Source of the DNA: Abditibacterium sp.
Lineage (GTDB): Bacteria > Armatimonadota > Abditibacteriia > Abditibacteriales > Abditibacteriaceae
Direction: 5' to 3'
DNA: 64,000 bases
NCBI GenBank assembly: GCA_965199495.1
Contig: CBDASK010000003.1
Location: 3,328,001 to 3,392,000 of the forward strand
The position numbers were made by a program, and so were the translations under genes. Each line of letters starts with the position of its first letter. Position 1 is the first letter of the stretch. The notes beneath the pieces were generated by a model. That model did not search any database. It was not told the DNA's origin and saw nothing but the letters and a program-made list of their open reading frames with translations. This document shows positions 10,304 through 20,019 of this stretch, in pieces.

Positions 10304-12100
10304 TCATGCTTCTTTAAATGCGTTAATCTCGCCCATCTTCAACGCCGTCACCGTCTGCTTTTGGCCCGATGGCCAGCGAATTTCGGCCTTTTCCAGTTTG
10401 GCATCGGCGCCCAATCCGAAGTGCAAACGCCGCGAGTTTTGCGCGCAGAAACCGCTGCCGCCGCTAATCTCTTGCAACTGCTGTTGCTCACCTTTGGCGT
10501 TTTTCCAAAACAGCGTGACCTGCGCGCCAATCGCGCTGCGATTGCTTTTTGTGCCTTCGAGCGATAACTCGATCCAATGGCGGTCGGGCGCGACTTGGTT
10601 GCGATAGAACTGCAAAGGCCCGCGCTGGTTGGCCTCCAGAATATCGAGCGCGCCATCGTTTTTGAAGTCGGCCAAAGCGACTGAGCGTCCATCCAAACGG
10701 TCGGTGGCTCCGACGGCCTGCGCGACTTCGGTGAAGTGACTGGCGCCATCGTTCATCCACAGATGCTTGGCCTGATTGCCCGATAAACTGCGGCCCGTCA
10801 TCGGCGGCCAGTTGCTCGCATCGGAAATGATCGAACTGTTGCCACCCGCGATTTTGGAATAGTCATACCAATAGCTGCCTTCTTTTTTACCCGATACATA
10901 GCCGTTAGTTAAAAATATATCGAGATTGCCGTCGTTGTCGAAATCGCCGAACTGCGCTCCGAAACTCCAACCGCCCAATTCTACGCCCATCTCGCTCGCC
11001 AAATTCGCGTATTTAATGTTGTCGCCCTTGGTGCCCGGTTGCGGAACCCACAGGTTATTGCCCTGTAACAAAACGCCCTCTTCGGAGATATTGGAAACGT
11101 AAACCGCGAATTGCCCGGTGTTCAACACATCGCCAAAGGCGGCGTTCATGCCGCTTTTGGGCGCGTAGCCGACGCCGGTTTGCTTCCCGATTTCGACGAA
11201 CTTTTTGCCCTCTTGGTTGGCCCACAATTCGGCGACGCCGTAATCGTTGGCGATGAACAAATCGGGATAGCCGGTGCCGCGCAAATCGGCGGCGGCGGCG
11301 GCCAACGACCAGCGCCGGCTTTTCAGCCCCATCGCGTCCGTCACGTCTTCAAAGGTGCCGTCGCCACGCCCGCGCAACAGATATTTGCGCCCGCCGTTTT
11401 GCGCGTATTCAAACGAATCCGGCATCATTTTGGTGTTCTTCAAATTCCATAAATCCACGTTTTCGGGATAATAACCGCCGATAAACAAATCTAATTTGCC
11501 ATCGCGATTATAGTCGAGCCAAATCGCGTTATTGGCATTGACCCAATCAGGCAATCCCGTATTTTTAACTTCGCTAAAACCTTTGCCCGCATCGTTATGA
11601 AACAATAGCGGGCGGCCCCATTTATAAACCAGCAAATCTTCGTAGCCATCGTTATCGTAATCGCCCCACACCGCGCCCATGCAGGCGCCGTGGCCTTTGT
11701 TGAGATCGGCCACGCCCATTTTTGCCGCGACATCGGTGAAGTTTCCGTCACCGTTGTTTTGATACAAATGATTGAGCGAATTTGGGCCGGAGTTGGTGAT
11801 ATAAAAATCGTCGAAGCCGTCGCGGTTGAAGTCGCCAATCGCTACGCCCGCGCCCATTGAGGCGACCTGGGGCATGATGTGATCTAATTTCGCGTCCAAC
11901 TTGGGCGCCTCATGCACGAACGAAATGCCCGCCGCTTTGGACGATTCCTGCAAGGCGAAGCCGTAACGTTTGAGCGCCTGATTGGACGATTCGGGCGCGT
12001 CGCCATTTTTCTGGCGCGCGTTTTTGATGGCGAACGGAATACCCAATAGCGCCACGAAAAAAACGATGGCGACGATTTGAGGAAGCTTTTGACGATTCAT
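10304..12100 (-). CDS. CRTAC1-family / UnbV-like protein (FG-GAP repeats plus ASPIC/UnbV)
   Basis: N-terminal membrane anchor; GDFNRDG, GDYDNDG and GDFDNDG repeats; NRSAIGA..GGSGFCAQNSRRLHFGLG..WPSG. Confidence 0.9.
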   Translation of the reverse strand: MNRQKLPQIVAIVFFVALLGIPFAIKNARQKNGDAPESSNQALKRYGFALQESSKAAGISFVHEAPKLDAKLDHIMPQVASMGAGVAIGDFNRDGFDDFYITNSGPNSLNHLYQNNGDGNFTDVAAKMGVADLNKGHGACMGAVWGDYDNDGYEDLLVYKWGRPLLFHNDAGKGFSEVKNTGLPDWVNANNAIWLDYNRDGKLDLFIGGYYPENVDLWNLKNTKMMPDSFEYAQNGGRKYLLRGRGDGTFEDVTDAMGLKSRRWSLAAAAADLRGTGYPDLFIANDYGVAELWANQEGKKFVEIGKQTGVGYAPKSGMNAAFGDVLNTGQFAVYVSNISEEGVLLQGNNLWVPQPGTKGDNIKYANLASEMGVELGGWSFGAQFGDFDNDGNLDIFLTNGYVSGKKEGSYWYDYSKIAGGNSSIISDASNWPPMTGRSLSGNQAKHLWMNDGASHFTEVAQAVGATDRLDGRSVALADFKNDGALDILEANQRGPLQFYRNQVAPDRHWIELSLEGTKSNRSAIGAQVTLFWKNAKGEQQQLQEISGGSGFCAQNSRRLHFGLGADAKLEKAEIRWPSGQKQTVTALKMGEINAFKEA

Positions 12101-12156
12101 TTCTTGGTTTTGATTTAATCTGCGGTGATAATGACGTTTTGGCTCTTAACCCAAGG

Positions 12157-12392
12157 CAAGGTCAAAGGCATTAAGTTAAGTCAACGGAAATTTATAAGTC
12201 ACACCCCCTCTGCTTTCGGCATTTCCCCCTCCGAGAGGGGAAGAATGTCTCAGTTACCTTGCGGCGCTCGTAAAGTTAGACACGTTCATCCTTGTCCGAG
12301 GCATTCTTCCCCTCTCGGAGGGGGAAATGCCGAAAGCAGAGGGGGTGTGACTTATAAATTTCCGTTGACTTAACTTAATGCCTTTGACCTTG
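12157..12392. repeat. Inverted-repeat element with 91-bp perfect arms
   Basis: Arms 12157-12247 and 12302-12392; outer GGCATTAAGTTAAG, inner CCCCCTCCGAGAGGGG hairpin. Confidence 0.92.
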
Positions 12393-12442
12393 GTGGGATG
12401 AGGGAAAAATGCGAATTCACTTCAACCCAAATCACCACAACT

Positions 12443-15400
12443 CTACTCCAATCCCACGCGCATCGCGCTGCGAAACTGCTTTGTGCCGACCCAACGCGTG
12501 TGATATTTCGTCCAATCCTGCGGGTTGCGACGGTAAACCGGATCGTCTTGCAGACGGCCCGGCGGCGCATCGGTTTGTGGCAAATCGTGCGCGGGCAGGG
12601 GCAACAAAGTCGTGGAAAAAGTAGTGTTCATGTTGCCGTCTTTGGTCCAACCATCGGTAATGAACACCGTATCGCGCACAGAGTTCGCCGTCGAAAGCGC
12701 GGGCGCGTCGAATTGCAAAGTTATCTCATCGCCCGCGTTCATAATAACGTAATGGTCGTCGGTTCGCTCCAATAGCGGCTTGACATCGCCGAATCGAGTG
12801 TAGAATCCGACCAAATCGCGCCAGCGTTGGCCGGTGCCGTTGGGGACGTAACTGAGCGGCAATTCGGGCGACGCCGGGTTTTTGGCGGCGATTTCCGAAA
12901 AGCCACGATAATGCAAATCGGCCCGGCTTGGCATGAGTTTGTGCTGGACGATTTTGGCGTCGGAGCGGTCAACCGCCCAACTGATTTTGTCCCAGTAAAT
13001 TTCCAGGTTCGTCCGCAAACGCAGACGGCGTGGCGCGCCCGGCACGAACGCATTTTGCAGCGGAATCGTCATCGTTTTGAACTTGCCCGACGGGAAGCCC
13101 ATGTGCGGCTGCACCACTTTCCAGCCACCGCGCCCATCGGCGACTTCGAGCGCCAAATCGCGCGGCAAATTGCCGCCGTTTTGCGCCAACGCCACGTTGA
13201 TCGAAGAATCAGTCGGATGCAGCCAACCCTGCGCCAGCAACCACAACGGTTTATCGAGCGGCGCATTTTGGGGCAATTCGATTTCGAGCCAATGATCCGC
13301 CGTCACGCCTTGATATTGCGCGCGCCCACAATCGAGATAATCTTCGTCAAGCGCGGCAACTTTTGCCAAAACGTCGCGGCCCTTCTCGTCACGCGCGCTT
13401 TTAATCGGTTGCTCCGCCCCGGTCACCACGACTTTGAGCGGCGGCATCGGAATCGAAAAGCGCTCGTCCACCCAGACTCGCGTGTCGGCGGGATGATCAA
13501 CCGTCATCAATTTGATGTTGTCGAAATAGTGCGCTTCCCACAAATCGGCGGTCACGCGCAGGTCGTATTTGCCAGCGCGCGCTTGCAATTGATCGCCGCG
13601 CAGATGCGCCCAATCCTCGGTTTGCACCACGCCCGCCGTGTCCTGCGAGTTGATTTTGAGGCCCAAGGGCGAACGCCAATTGACATCTTTGACGAAGGCA
13701 AATTTCGTCCCATCCCACGCCCACAAATAAGGGCAAGAACCCGTCAACCGTTGAAGCGCGACGATGTCTTTGCCCGAACACAACGCGAATTCGGCCTGAC
13801 TATCGCCGTTGGGCCACAAAATCCGCAGCGCGTCGGCGCATTTCTTTTCGCCGATGCCAAAATGTGCGATGGGCCTGTCGAGCGGTTGCCGCGCGTATTG
13901 CAAAACCGCGCGCAGTTCCATCGAGCCGCCGATGCCGTAAGAGTTGATGCGCCCGTCGCCCGTCGTCTGCTTGGAGTGCGCGCGGATGTCGAGCCAGCCA
14001 TATTTGAGCGGCCCGCCGCCCATCATCTGCGCCGCCGCGCCGCGCCCGTCGGTGCCGATTAAATCGAGGCGCCCATCGTTGTTGAGGTCAGCGACATCGA
14101 ACGTCGCGAAATTGAGCGGCGCGCCCAGCGCAGTAAATTTGCCGCCGCCATTCAGCCAAATTTGCGTGCCGACGCCATTGGACGCCACGATGTCGAACTC
14201 GCCGTTATTGTCTAAATCGGCGATTAGCAATCGCGACGGCTTGTCCTTCCCAAACCCGGCATATTTGCCTTCTTCGATGGTCGTCCATTTCGTGCCATTC
14301 AAATCGGATAATTTAACGAGGTCGCCGTTATCTTTGAGGACGAGCAAATCGAAATTGCCATCGTTATCCAAATCGCCGACGGCAATGGCGGCGACCGCGC
14401 CCAAGTCTTTGGGTATAGGGCGCTCGCTGAACTTGCCCGAACGATCATTGTTCATCACATGAAGCGTGCCCGCGTCGTCTATAATTGCGGCGTCGTTGTC
14501 GCCGTCGTTATCTAAGTCGGCCCATGCCCAAGCGCGCACGCCCTTCACCGCAGCGAAAATCGGCAGCGCGCTGAACGTGTTATTGCCGTTGTTGCGCAGT
14601 TCGAGCGGACTTTGTCCCGCGCGCCCCAGCACGATATCCAAATCGCCATCGGCTTCGATGTCGGCGACGTAAGCGCCCGTATAATTGCCGCCCAAAACGT
14701 CGGGCTTGAGATTGGTTTTGGCCGTCGCATCGTTAAAACTCGCGCCCTGCGCCTGATAAAATTTGACGCCTTTGGCGCCCGCCAAAACCAAATCGGATTG
14801 GAAATCGGAATTCCAATCAATCGGCGCCATCGTCGCCGCGCCCGCAGCAGCCACGGCGCCGCCGGGAAACGAAAATTTGGCTTTGCTTCCGACCAGAGTC
14901 ACGATTTTTCCATCGTTATAAAGCGTTTGGGCGGGCGCTTTGTCCGAGGCGTAAAAGGCACGCGCCGCGCCATAAGTGCTGGGCGCTATCTTCACGGTTT
15001 GCGCGGTAAAAGTGCTTTTCAAGTCGGGCGGCGGCGCCGTGGCTTCGAGCGGCGCGAGCGCGACGAATTGGGTCAACGGCGCGCCCGGTGCGCTGGCGCC
15101 ACCCGACGAGATTTTGGCCAAATCGTCCTGGAAAGTTGGCAACGGCTTGAGCAGATTATTCAGAAAAACAATCGGCGTCGTCGCCGCGCGCGGTGTCGCG
15201 GCGGCAGCTTGCAACTCTTTCAATTGCGCGCGCGCCTCGTCGTTCCACGCGTCCGAACGCTTTTGCAGAGCGGCGATGGCGGCTTTTAAAGCGGGCGCGT
15301 CGCCGCGCTTGGCGGCCAAACGCGCCGCTTCCAACTGCGCGGCCTGATTGTCGGGTTGCGCCTTGAGAATCGCCTCGATCTGTTCGAGCGCCTTGGCATC

Positions 15401-15910
15401 GGCGCCCGCCGCGCCGCTCTGGCTATAAGCGCCAAAAAGCGCGTAGCGCGCGCGCAGATCGCTGGGGTCGAGTTCAATGGCGCGCTCGTAATGCTTGATG
15501 GCCGCGTCAAAGTCGCCGGTTTGTTGTTTCAACAAACCAAGTAGCGCTTCGATTTGCGCGTTATTCGGCGCCAGTTCGCGCGCCTTCTCGAAATTTTTGG
15601 CGGCTTCGTCGAGCTTGTTGGAGCGCAACTGCAACACGCCCAGATCGGCCCAGCCCGCCGGTTCGAGCGGCACGATGGTCGTCGCCAATGTCAACTGCTT
15701 CAAGGCGCGCTCATCGTCGCTGTTTTGCAGGGCGAGCAAACCGATATTGAACGCCGTCGCCATTTTTTGATAGTCGCTCGAATCAGGGCCGGGCAAAGAG
15801 GTCTGGCGCCGTACGAAAATCCAGCCGAGCGCTCCAATAACGCCGACGACAACGGCAGAGGGAATAACGCGGCGCATAAAAAATTGAGCGCGGGGATGAG
15901 AAGAAGCCAT
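12443..15910 (-). CDS. TPR, FG-GAP repeat and ASPIC/UnbV domain protein
   Basis: N-terminal TM; TPR helices; DLDNDG repeats; HFGIG..WPNG..GSCPYLWAWDG C-terminal region. Confidence 0.9.
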   Translation of the reverse strand: MASSHPRAQFFMRRVIPSAVVVGVIGALGWIFVRRQTSLPGPDSSDYQKMATAFNIGLLALQNSDDERALKQLTLATTIVPLEPAGWADLGVLQLRSNKLDEAAKNFEKARELAPNNAQIEALLGLLKQQTGDFDAAIKHYERAIELDPSDLRARYALFGAYSQSGAAGADAKALEQIEAILKAQPDNQAAQLEAARLAAKRGDAPALKAAIAALQKRSDAWNDEARAQLKELQAAAATPRAATTPIVFLNNLLKPLPTFQDDLAKISSGGASAPGAPLTQFVALAPLEATAPPPDLKSTFTAQTVKIAPSTYGAARAFYASDKAPAQTLYNDGKIVTLVGSKAKFSFPGGAVAAAGAATMAPIDWNSDFQSDLVLAGAKGVKFYQAQGASFNDATAKTNLKPDVLGGNYTGAYVADIEADGDLDIVLGRAGQSPLELRNNGNNTFSALPIFAAVKGVRAWAWADLDNDGDNDAAIIDDAGTLHVMNNDRSGKFSERPIPKDLGAVAAIAVGDLDNDGNFDLLVLKDNGDLVKLSDLNGTKWTTIEEGKYAGFGKDKPSRLLIADLDNNGEFDIVASNGVGTQIWLNGGGKFTALGAPLNFATFDVADLNNDGRLDLIGTDGRGAAAQMMGGGPLKYGWLDIRAHSKQTTGDGRINSYGIGGSMELRAVLQYARQPLDRPIAHFGIGEKKCADALRILWPNGDSQAEFALCSGKDIVALQRLTGSCPYLWAWDGTKFAFVKDVNWRSPLGLKINSQDTAGVVQTEDWAHLRGDQLQARAGKYDLRVTADLWEAHYFDNIKLMTVDHPADTRVWVDERFSIPMPPLKVVVTGAEQPIKSARDEKGRDVLAKVAALDEDYLDCGRAQYQGVTADHWLEIELPQNAPLDKPLWLLAQGWLHPTDSSINVALAQNGGNLPRDLALEVADGRGGWKVVQPHMGFPSGKFKTMTIPLQNAFVPGAPRRLRLRTNLEIYWDKISWAVDRSDAKIVQHKLMPSRADLHYRGFSEIAAKNPASPELPLSYVPNGTGQRWRDLVGFYTRFGDVKPLLERTDDHYVIMNAGDEITLQFDAPALSTANSVRDTVFITDGWTKDGNMNTTFSTTLLPLPAHDLPQTDAPPGRLQDDPVYRRNPQDWTKYHTRWVGTKQFRSAMRVGLE

Positions 15911-15967
15911 GAATCGAGGAGATTTTCAGTTTAAATCAGTCGCGTCAAACGGAAGCATCAAACAGAA

Positions 15968-16001
15968 AACGGCCCCGCTCCAACCTTGGAGCGGGGCCGT
16001 T
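15968..16001 (-). terminator. Intrinsic terminator after dinB-like gene
   Basis: AACGGCCCCGCTCCAA / TTGGAGCGGGGCCGTT hairpin with T-tract on the minus strand. Confidence 0.7.
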
Positions 16002-16015
16002 CGAGCCTGATCTCT

Positions 16016-16486
16016 TTAGTGCGATTCGGTATCGCCGTAAAGCGTTTGGATGTAGTTAATCTGCGCGAACCGCGCGATAAAGGTGCGATAAGCCATCATA
16101 GTCCACGCGCCCAGCGGCATCGTGGTGCCGCCACCCATCGGCATAGTGACGGGCATCGCCAAATCGTCTTCCGACAGCGTGCCGAGCGCGGTATAAAGCG
16201 CTGCCGAGTTAGTGTTCATCGCGGCCAGCGCGTCATCCTTGCTCCAATTGGCGCGCTCAGCTTTCATCTGCGCGAACATCTGCGGCGACGGCTTCATTTC
16301 GCCTTTGGTTTCGATGAGTTTGGTTACCATCTGGCAGGTTTGCGCAGCTTCACTAAAAGCGTCGAGCGCGGTGCGGCCTTTATCCAGTGGCGCCCAATTT
16401 AGCTTATCGTCGGGCACGGCGTTAAAAGTGCGAATCAGGCTTTGCTCGCCCGATTGCATCAGAGAAAGAATCAAATCTTTGGTCAT
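16016..16486 (-). CDS. DinB/DUF664-like four-helix protein
   Basis: VPDDKLNWAP..RTA pattern and C-terminal QINYIQ.YGD. Confidence 0.7.
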   Translation of the reverse strand: MTKDLILSLMQSGEQSLIRTFNAVPDDKLNWAPLDKGRTALDAFSEAAQTCQMVTKLIETKGEMKPSPQMFAQMKAERANWSKDDALAAMNTNSAALYTALGTLSEDDLAMPVTMPMGGGTTMPLGAWTMMAYRTFIARFAQINYIQTLYGDTESH

Positions 16487-16550
16487 ATCGGGCGAGCTAA
16501 TGGGCAAATGGGTAGCCGCAGCGTCGGTTTGTCACGTTCATTTGCCCGAA

Positions 16551-18188
16551 TTACCTCGCTACTGCGTAATTATTCACACTGCGCACGCCGACAACTTTTT
16601 CCTGCGCGACACCCTGTAACGCGCGTAGTAACGCCGCCGCCGTGTCGAGCGAAGTCAGCGATGGCACGCCGTTTTCGACGGCGGCGCGACGCATTTTCAA
16701 GCCATCACGTTCGGGCGTGCGTTGGCGCTCGCTGGTATTCAGCAGAAAATCCACTTTTTGGCCGGTTAATAAATTCATCAAATTCGGCTCTTGCTCGCGA
16801 ATGCGCCGAATCACTTCGCATGGGACGCCGTGCCGCTCCAACGTGGCTGCTGTTCCACTCGTGGCGTAAATTTTATAACCCAAATCGGCGAAACCTTTGA
16901 CAATCGGCGCGCCCTCGTCTTTGGAATGATCGGCCAACGTCACCAAAAGTGCGCCCTCGCCGCGCTCTTCGTCGGGCAGGGGAATATCGTAGCCACTGGC
17001 GACCATCGCTTTATACAAAGCGCGCGCGAACGTGTTGTCCACGCCCATAATTTCGCCGGTGCTTTTCATTTCCGGCCCCAGATCGGTATCAACCAGCGCC
17101 AATTTTTGAAACGAAAAGACTGGCGCCTTGACGGCAACTTGATCGGGCGTCGGATAAAGTCCGGTTTTGTAGCCCAAGTCGGCCAACTTCTCGCCCATCA
17201 TCACGCGCGTGGCCAAATCCACCATCGGCACGCCGGTAATTTTGCTCAAATACGGAATTGTGCGCGAGGCGCGCGGGTTGACTTCGATAATATACGCCTG
17301 CTCGCCCTCAATGACGTATTGGATGTTCATCAAGCCTTTAATTTTCAGCGCGACGGCGACGCGAATCGCGTAATCGGTGATTTGGTCAATCAAGTTTTGG
17401 CTGAGCGATTGCGGCGGATAAACCGCCATCGAATCGCCCGAATGCACGCCCGCGCGCTCGATATGCTCCATGATGCCCGGCAACAAACAGGTTTCGCCGT
17501 CGCAAATCACGTCCACTTCGGCCTCTTTGCCGGTGATATATTTGTCCACCAAAATCGGCTTTTCCGGCGTGACTTCGGTTGAGGTGCGCATATAACTGCG
17601 CAAATCAGTTTCGTTATAAACGATTTCCATCGCGCGCCCGCCCAAAACATACGAAGGCCGCACCAGAACCGGATAACCGATTTCGGTCGCGACGCCGACG
17701 GCGGCGTCCAAAGTCGTCACGGCTTTGCCGTTGGGTTTGGGAATGCCTAATTTAATCAACAAACCATCGAAACGGTCGCGGTCTTCGGCCAGATCAATCG
17801 AATCGAATTGCGTGCCCAAAATCGGCACGCCCGCGCGGTCAAGCGGCCCGGCCAAGTTAATCGCGGTTTGTCCGCCGAATTGCGTGACGACTCCCAGTGG
17901 CTGCTCGCGGTCAATGATATTGAGAACGTCTTCGAGCGTGAGCGGCTCGAAATAGAGGCGGTCGGAAATATCGAAATCGGTCGAGACGGTTTCGGGATTG
18001 TTGTTGATAACAATCGCCTGATAGCCCAACTCGCGAATGGCGCGCGTGCAGTGAACCGAGGCGTAATCGAACTCGATGCCTTGGCCGATTCGGATCGGGC
18101 CGGAGCCGAGAATGATGACCTTGGGACGCGCATCGGGCAGCGGCGCGTTGGAAGCGGGAGTGAAACCAGAAGTGGAAGCGACTTGCAT
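16551..18188 (-). CDS. carB: Carbamoyl-phosphate synthase large subunit, C-terminal half only (split CarB)
   Basis: Starts at LGSGPIRIGQGIEFDY; RPSYVLGG, HIERAGVHSGDS, EVNPRASRT and GPEMKSTGE motifs plus MGS domain; 545 aa. Confidence 0.92.
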   Translation of the reverse strand: MQVASTSGFTPASNAPLPDARPKVIILGSGPIRIGQGIEFDYASVHCTRAIRELGYQAIVINNNPETVSTDFDISDRLYFEPLTLEDVLNIIDREQPLGVVTQFGGQTAINLAGPLDRAGVPILGTQFDSIDLAEDRDRFDGLLIKLGIPKPNGKAVTTLDAAVGVATEIGYPVLVRPSYVLGGRAMEIVYNETDLRSYMRTSTEVTPEKPILVDKYITGKEAEVDVICDGETCLLPGIMEHIERAGVHSGDSMAVYPPQSLSQNLIDQITDYAIRVAVALKIKGLMNIQYVIEGEQAYIIEVNPRASRTIPYLSKITGVPMVDLATRVMMGEKLADLGYKTGLYPTPDQVAVKAPVFSFQKLALVDTDLGPEMKSTGEIMGVDNTFARALYKAMVASGYDIPLPDEERGEGALLVTLADHSKDEGAPIVKGFADLGYKIYATSGTAATLERHGVPCEVIRRIREQEPNLMNLLTGQKVDFLLNTSERQRTPERDGLKMRRAAVENGVPSLTSLDTAAALLRALQGVAQEKVVGVRSVNNYAVAR

Positions 18189-18272
18189 TTTAATTGAACC
18201 GGAGAGATTTTATCGAAAATTCGGCTTTTCGGTTCTTTTTTCGGTTATCGAACAATTTTTCTTGGATTTGCC

Positions 18273-18301
18273 TTGACAAACCGCAACAACCTCTATAAAA
18301 T
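18273..18301 (+). promoter_or_regulatory. Sigma70-type promoter of the cold-shock gene
   Basis: TTGACA-N17-TAAAAT followed by a leader of about 110 nt and an AGGAG RBS. Confidence 0.8.
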
Positions 18302-18419
18302 TGGTTCAGTTCTTAAGGGGAAGCCCTTGGGAACCACAACTTAATTTAGCCGTCAATTCGCGATTTTCACTTTGGTGAAACAAGAATTAATGGCACAAAC
18401 GCAGGAGAAACACAGACGC

Positions 18420-18650
18420 ATGGCAAAAGGCACAGTAAAATGGTTTAACGACGCCAAAGGATTTGGCTTCATCGAGCAGGAGAGCGGTGGCGAAGACGTT
18501 TTCGTTCACTACTCCACGATTCAGACGGACGGTTACCGCAGTCTCAAAGAAGGCCAAAAGGTCGACTATGAGGTTGAGGGTGCCGACAAAGGTCTGCGCG
18601 CGGTCAACGTGCGCGCCACTTCCGACGAAGCGGTTCCCGCGATGAGCTAA
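18420..18650 (+). CDS. cspA: Cold-shock protein
   Basis: [15 protein letters not shown] (RNP1) and DVFVHYS (RNP2). Confidence 0.95.
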   Translation: MAKGTVKWFNDAKGFGFIEQESGGEDVFVHYSTIQTDGYRSLKEGQKVDYEVEGADKGLRAVNVRATSDEAVPAMS

Positions 18651-18700
18651 TCATCCAAAAATTCGTTCGTCCTGAACTTATTTGTTGATTCATAACCAAC

Positions 18701-18742
18701 AAACGCCCGCCCCGAATTGCAAAATTCGGGGCGGGCGTTTTT
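18701..18742 (+). terminator. Intrinsic terminator
   Basis: AAACGCCCGCCCCGAATT-gcaa-AATTCGGGGCGGGCGTTTTT. Confidence 0.85.
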
Positions 18743-18747
18743 GTAAA

Positions 18748-18776
18748 TTGACATCGTTTTTAGTGTTGTATATAAT
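18748..18776 (+). promoter_or_regulatory. Consensus sigma70 promoter of the TA operon (probably leaderless)
   Basis: TTGACA-N17-TATAAT ending 8 nt before ATG 18785. Confidence 0.85.
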
Positions 18777-18784
18777 ACCATTCG

Positions 18785-19213
18785 ATGCTGAAGCAAATTG
18801 TAATTGACACCAATGTTTTTATTTCGGCACTTCGTTCCAAACGTGGAGCCTCTTTCCGTCTTCTTTCGTTGATTGGTCAGAGCGCGTCATTCAAGGTCAA
18901 TGTTTCGGTGCCATTAGTGCTGGAATACGAAGATGTGGCCAACCGATATTTGGAAGCCACCGGCTTGGCGTCCTCCGATGTCGAAGCGATTATTGATTAC
19001 ATTTGCTCGAATTCCAGTCTGCGTCGCATCTTCTTTTTATGGCGTCCTTTTCTTAAAGACCCGAAAGATGACATGGTTTTGGAATTGGCCGTTGAATCGC
19101 AAAGCGAGATTATCGTGAGTTTCAATAAAAAAGACTTTGTTGGATCCGAACAATTTGGAGTGCGCGTTCTCACTCCACGCGAGTTTTTGGCAGAAATTGG
19201 AGAAACACTATGA
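18785..19213 (+). CDS. PIN-domain toxin
   Basis: IVIDTNVFISAL, EYEDV and DPKDDMVLELA..IVSFNKKDF motifs. Confidence 0.9.
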   Translation: MLKQIVIDTNVFISALRSKRGASFRLLSLIGQSASFKVNVSVPLVLEYEDVANRYLEATGLASSDVEAIIDYICSNSSLRRIFFLWRPFLKDPKDDMVLELAVESQSEIIVSFNKKDFVGSEQFGVRVLTPREFLAEIGETL

Positions 19214-19449
19214 GCACACTGAGCCTGAGAATTCCCGAATCGTTGCACAAACAAGCTCGCGAATTGGCCAAAAGCGAGGGCATTTCCATTAATCAACTGG
19301 TGGCCTCGGCTTTGGGAGAAAAAATGGCGGCGCTAATGACGCAAGATTATCTGGAACAGAGAGCCAAGCGCGGCGACCGCACCGCCTTTGAAGCGGCTCT
19401 GGCCAAAGTCAAGGATGTCGAACCCGACGACGCGCGCGACCGCTTGTAA
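19210..19449 (+). CDS. Ribbon-helix-helix (HicB-like) antitoxin
   Basis: LSLRIPESLH..A..EGISINQ; ATGA overlap with the PIN gene. Confidence 0.85.
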   Translation: MSTLSLRIPESLHKQARELAKSEGISINQLVASALGEKMAALMTQDYLEQRAKRGDRTAFEAALAKVKDVEPDDARDRL

Positions 19450-19473
19450 AAGCGCCATACTTTCCAGCGAATT

Positions 19474-20019
19474 ATGAGCATTGCGACAAAAAATGGCGAC
19501 GGCGGCCAGACACGATTAATTTTTGGCGACACGGTTTCCAAAGCCGATTTACAGGTCGAAGCCTACGGCACAATTGACGAACTCAACTCGTTTTTGGGTT
19601 TGGCGCGCGCGCTGTGCGACGAGCCGAAAACCAAAGATTGGCTCGAATCGCTGCAGCGCGACACTTTTATTGTGGGCGCCGAGTTAGCCACGCCCGCCGA
19701 CAAGCGCGACAAACTCAAGCAAACTGTGACTCCCGAAGTGACAGCGCAACTCGATTCAATCGTCGCCGAAATTGAAGAAATGCCCGGTTTATTAGACGAT
19801 TGGGCGTTGCCCGGCGCATCGGGCGGCGGCGCCGCGATTGATTGCGCGCGCGCCGTGGCTCGTCGCGCCGAACGTTGCGTTGTGCGCTTGCGCGATGCCG
19901 ACGTCGACTTGGTAAGCGATGAATTGCTGCGTTATCTCAATCGTTTATCGGACGTAATTTGGTTGCTGGGCCGTCGCTACGAAATGCGGAGCGGCGTTAA
20001 CGGCGCCTTACGGATTTAG
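19474..20019 (+). CDS. PduO-type cob(I)alamin adenosyltransferase
   Basis: TKNGDGGQT, EAYGTIDELNS, RAVARRAER and YLNRLSD motifs. Confidence 0.93.
   Translation: MSIATKNGDGGQTRLIFGDTVSKADLQVEAYGTIDELNSFLGLARALCDEPKTKDWLESLQRDTFIVGAELATPADKRDKLKQTVTPEVTAQLDSIVAEIEEMPGLLDDWALPGASGGGAAIDCARAVARRAERCVVRLRDADVDLVSDELLRYLNRLSDVIWLLGRRYEMRSGVNGALRI

Noticed and set aside
12827..14062. Long plus-strand ORF (411 aa) and similar antisense ORFs (23493-24683, 28107-28997, 55161-56069, 60861-61775)
   Set aside because: They lie opposite well-supported genes, show no motifs, and are expected in GC-rich DNA
7241..15910. Enediyne biosynthetic gene cluster
   Set aside because: No PKS, thioesterase, UnbL or tailoring genes in the window
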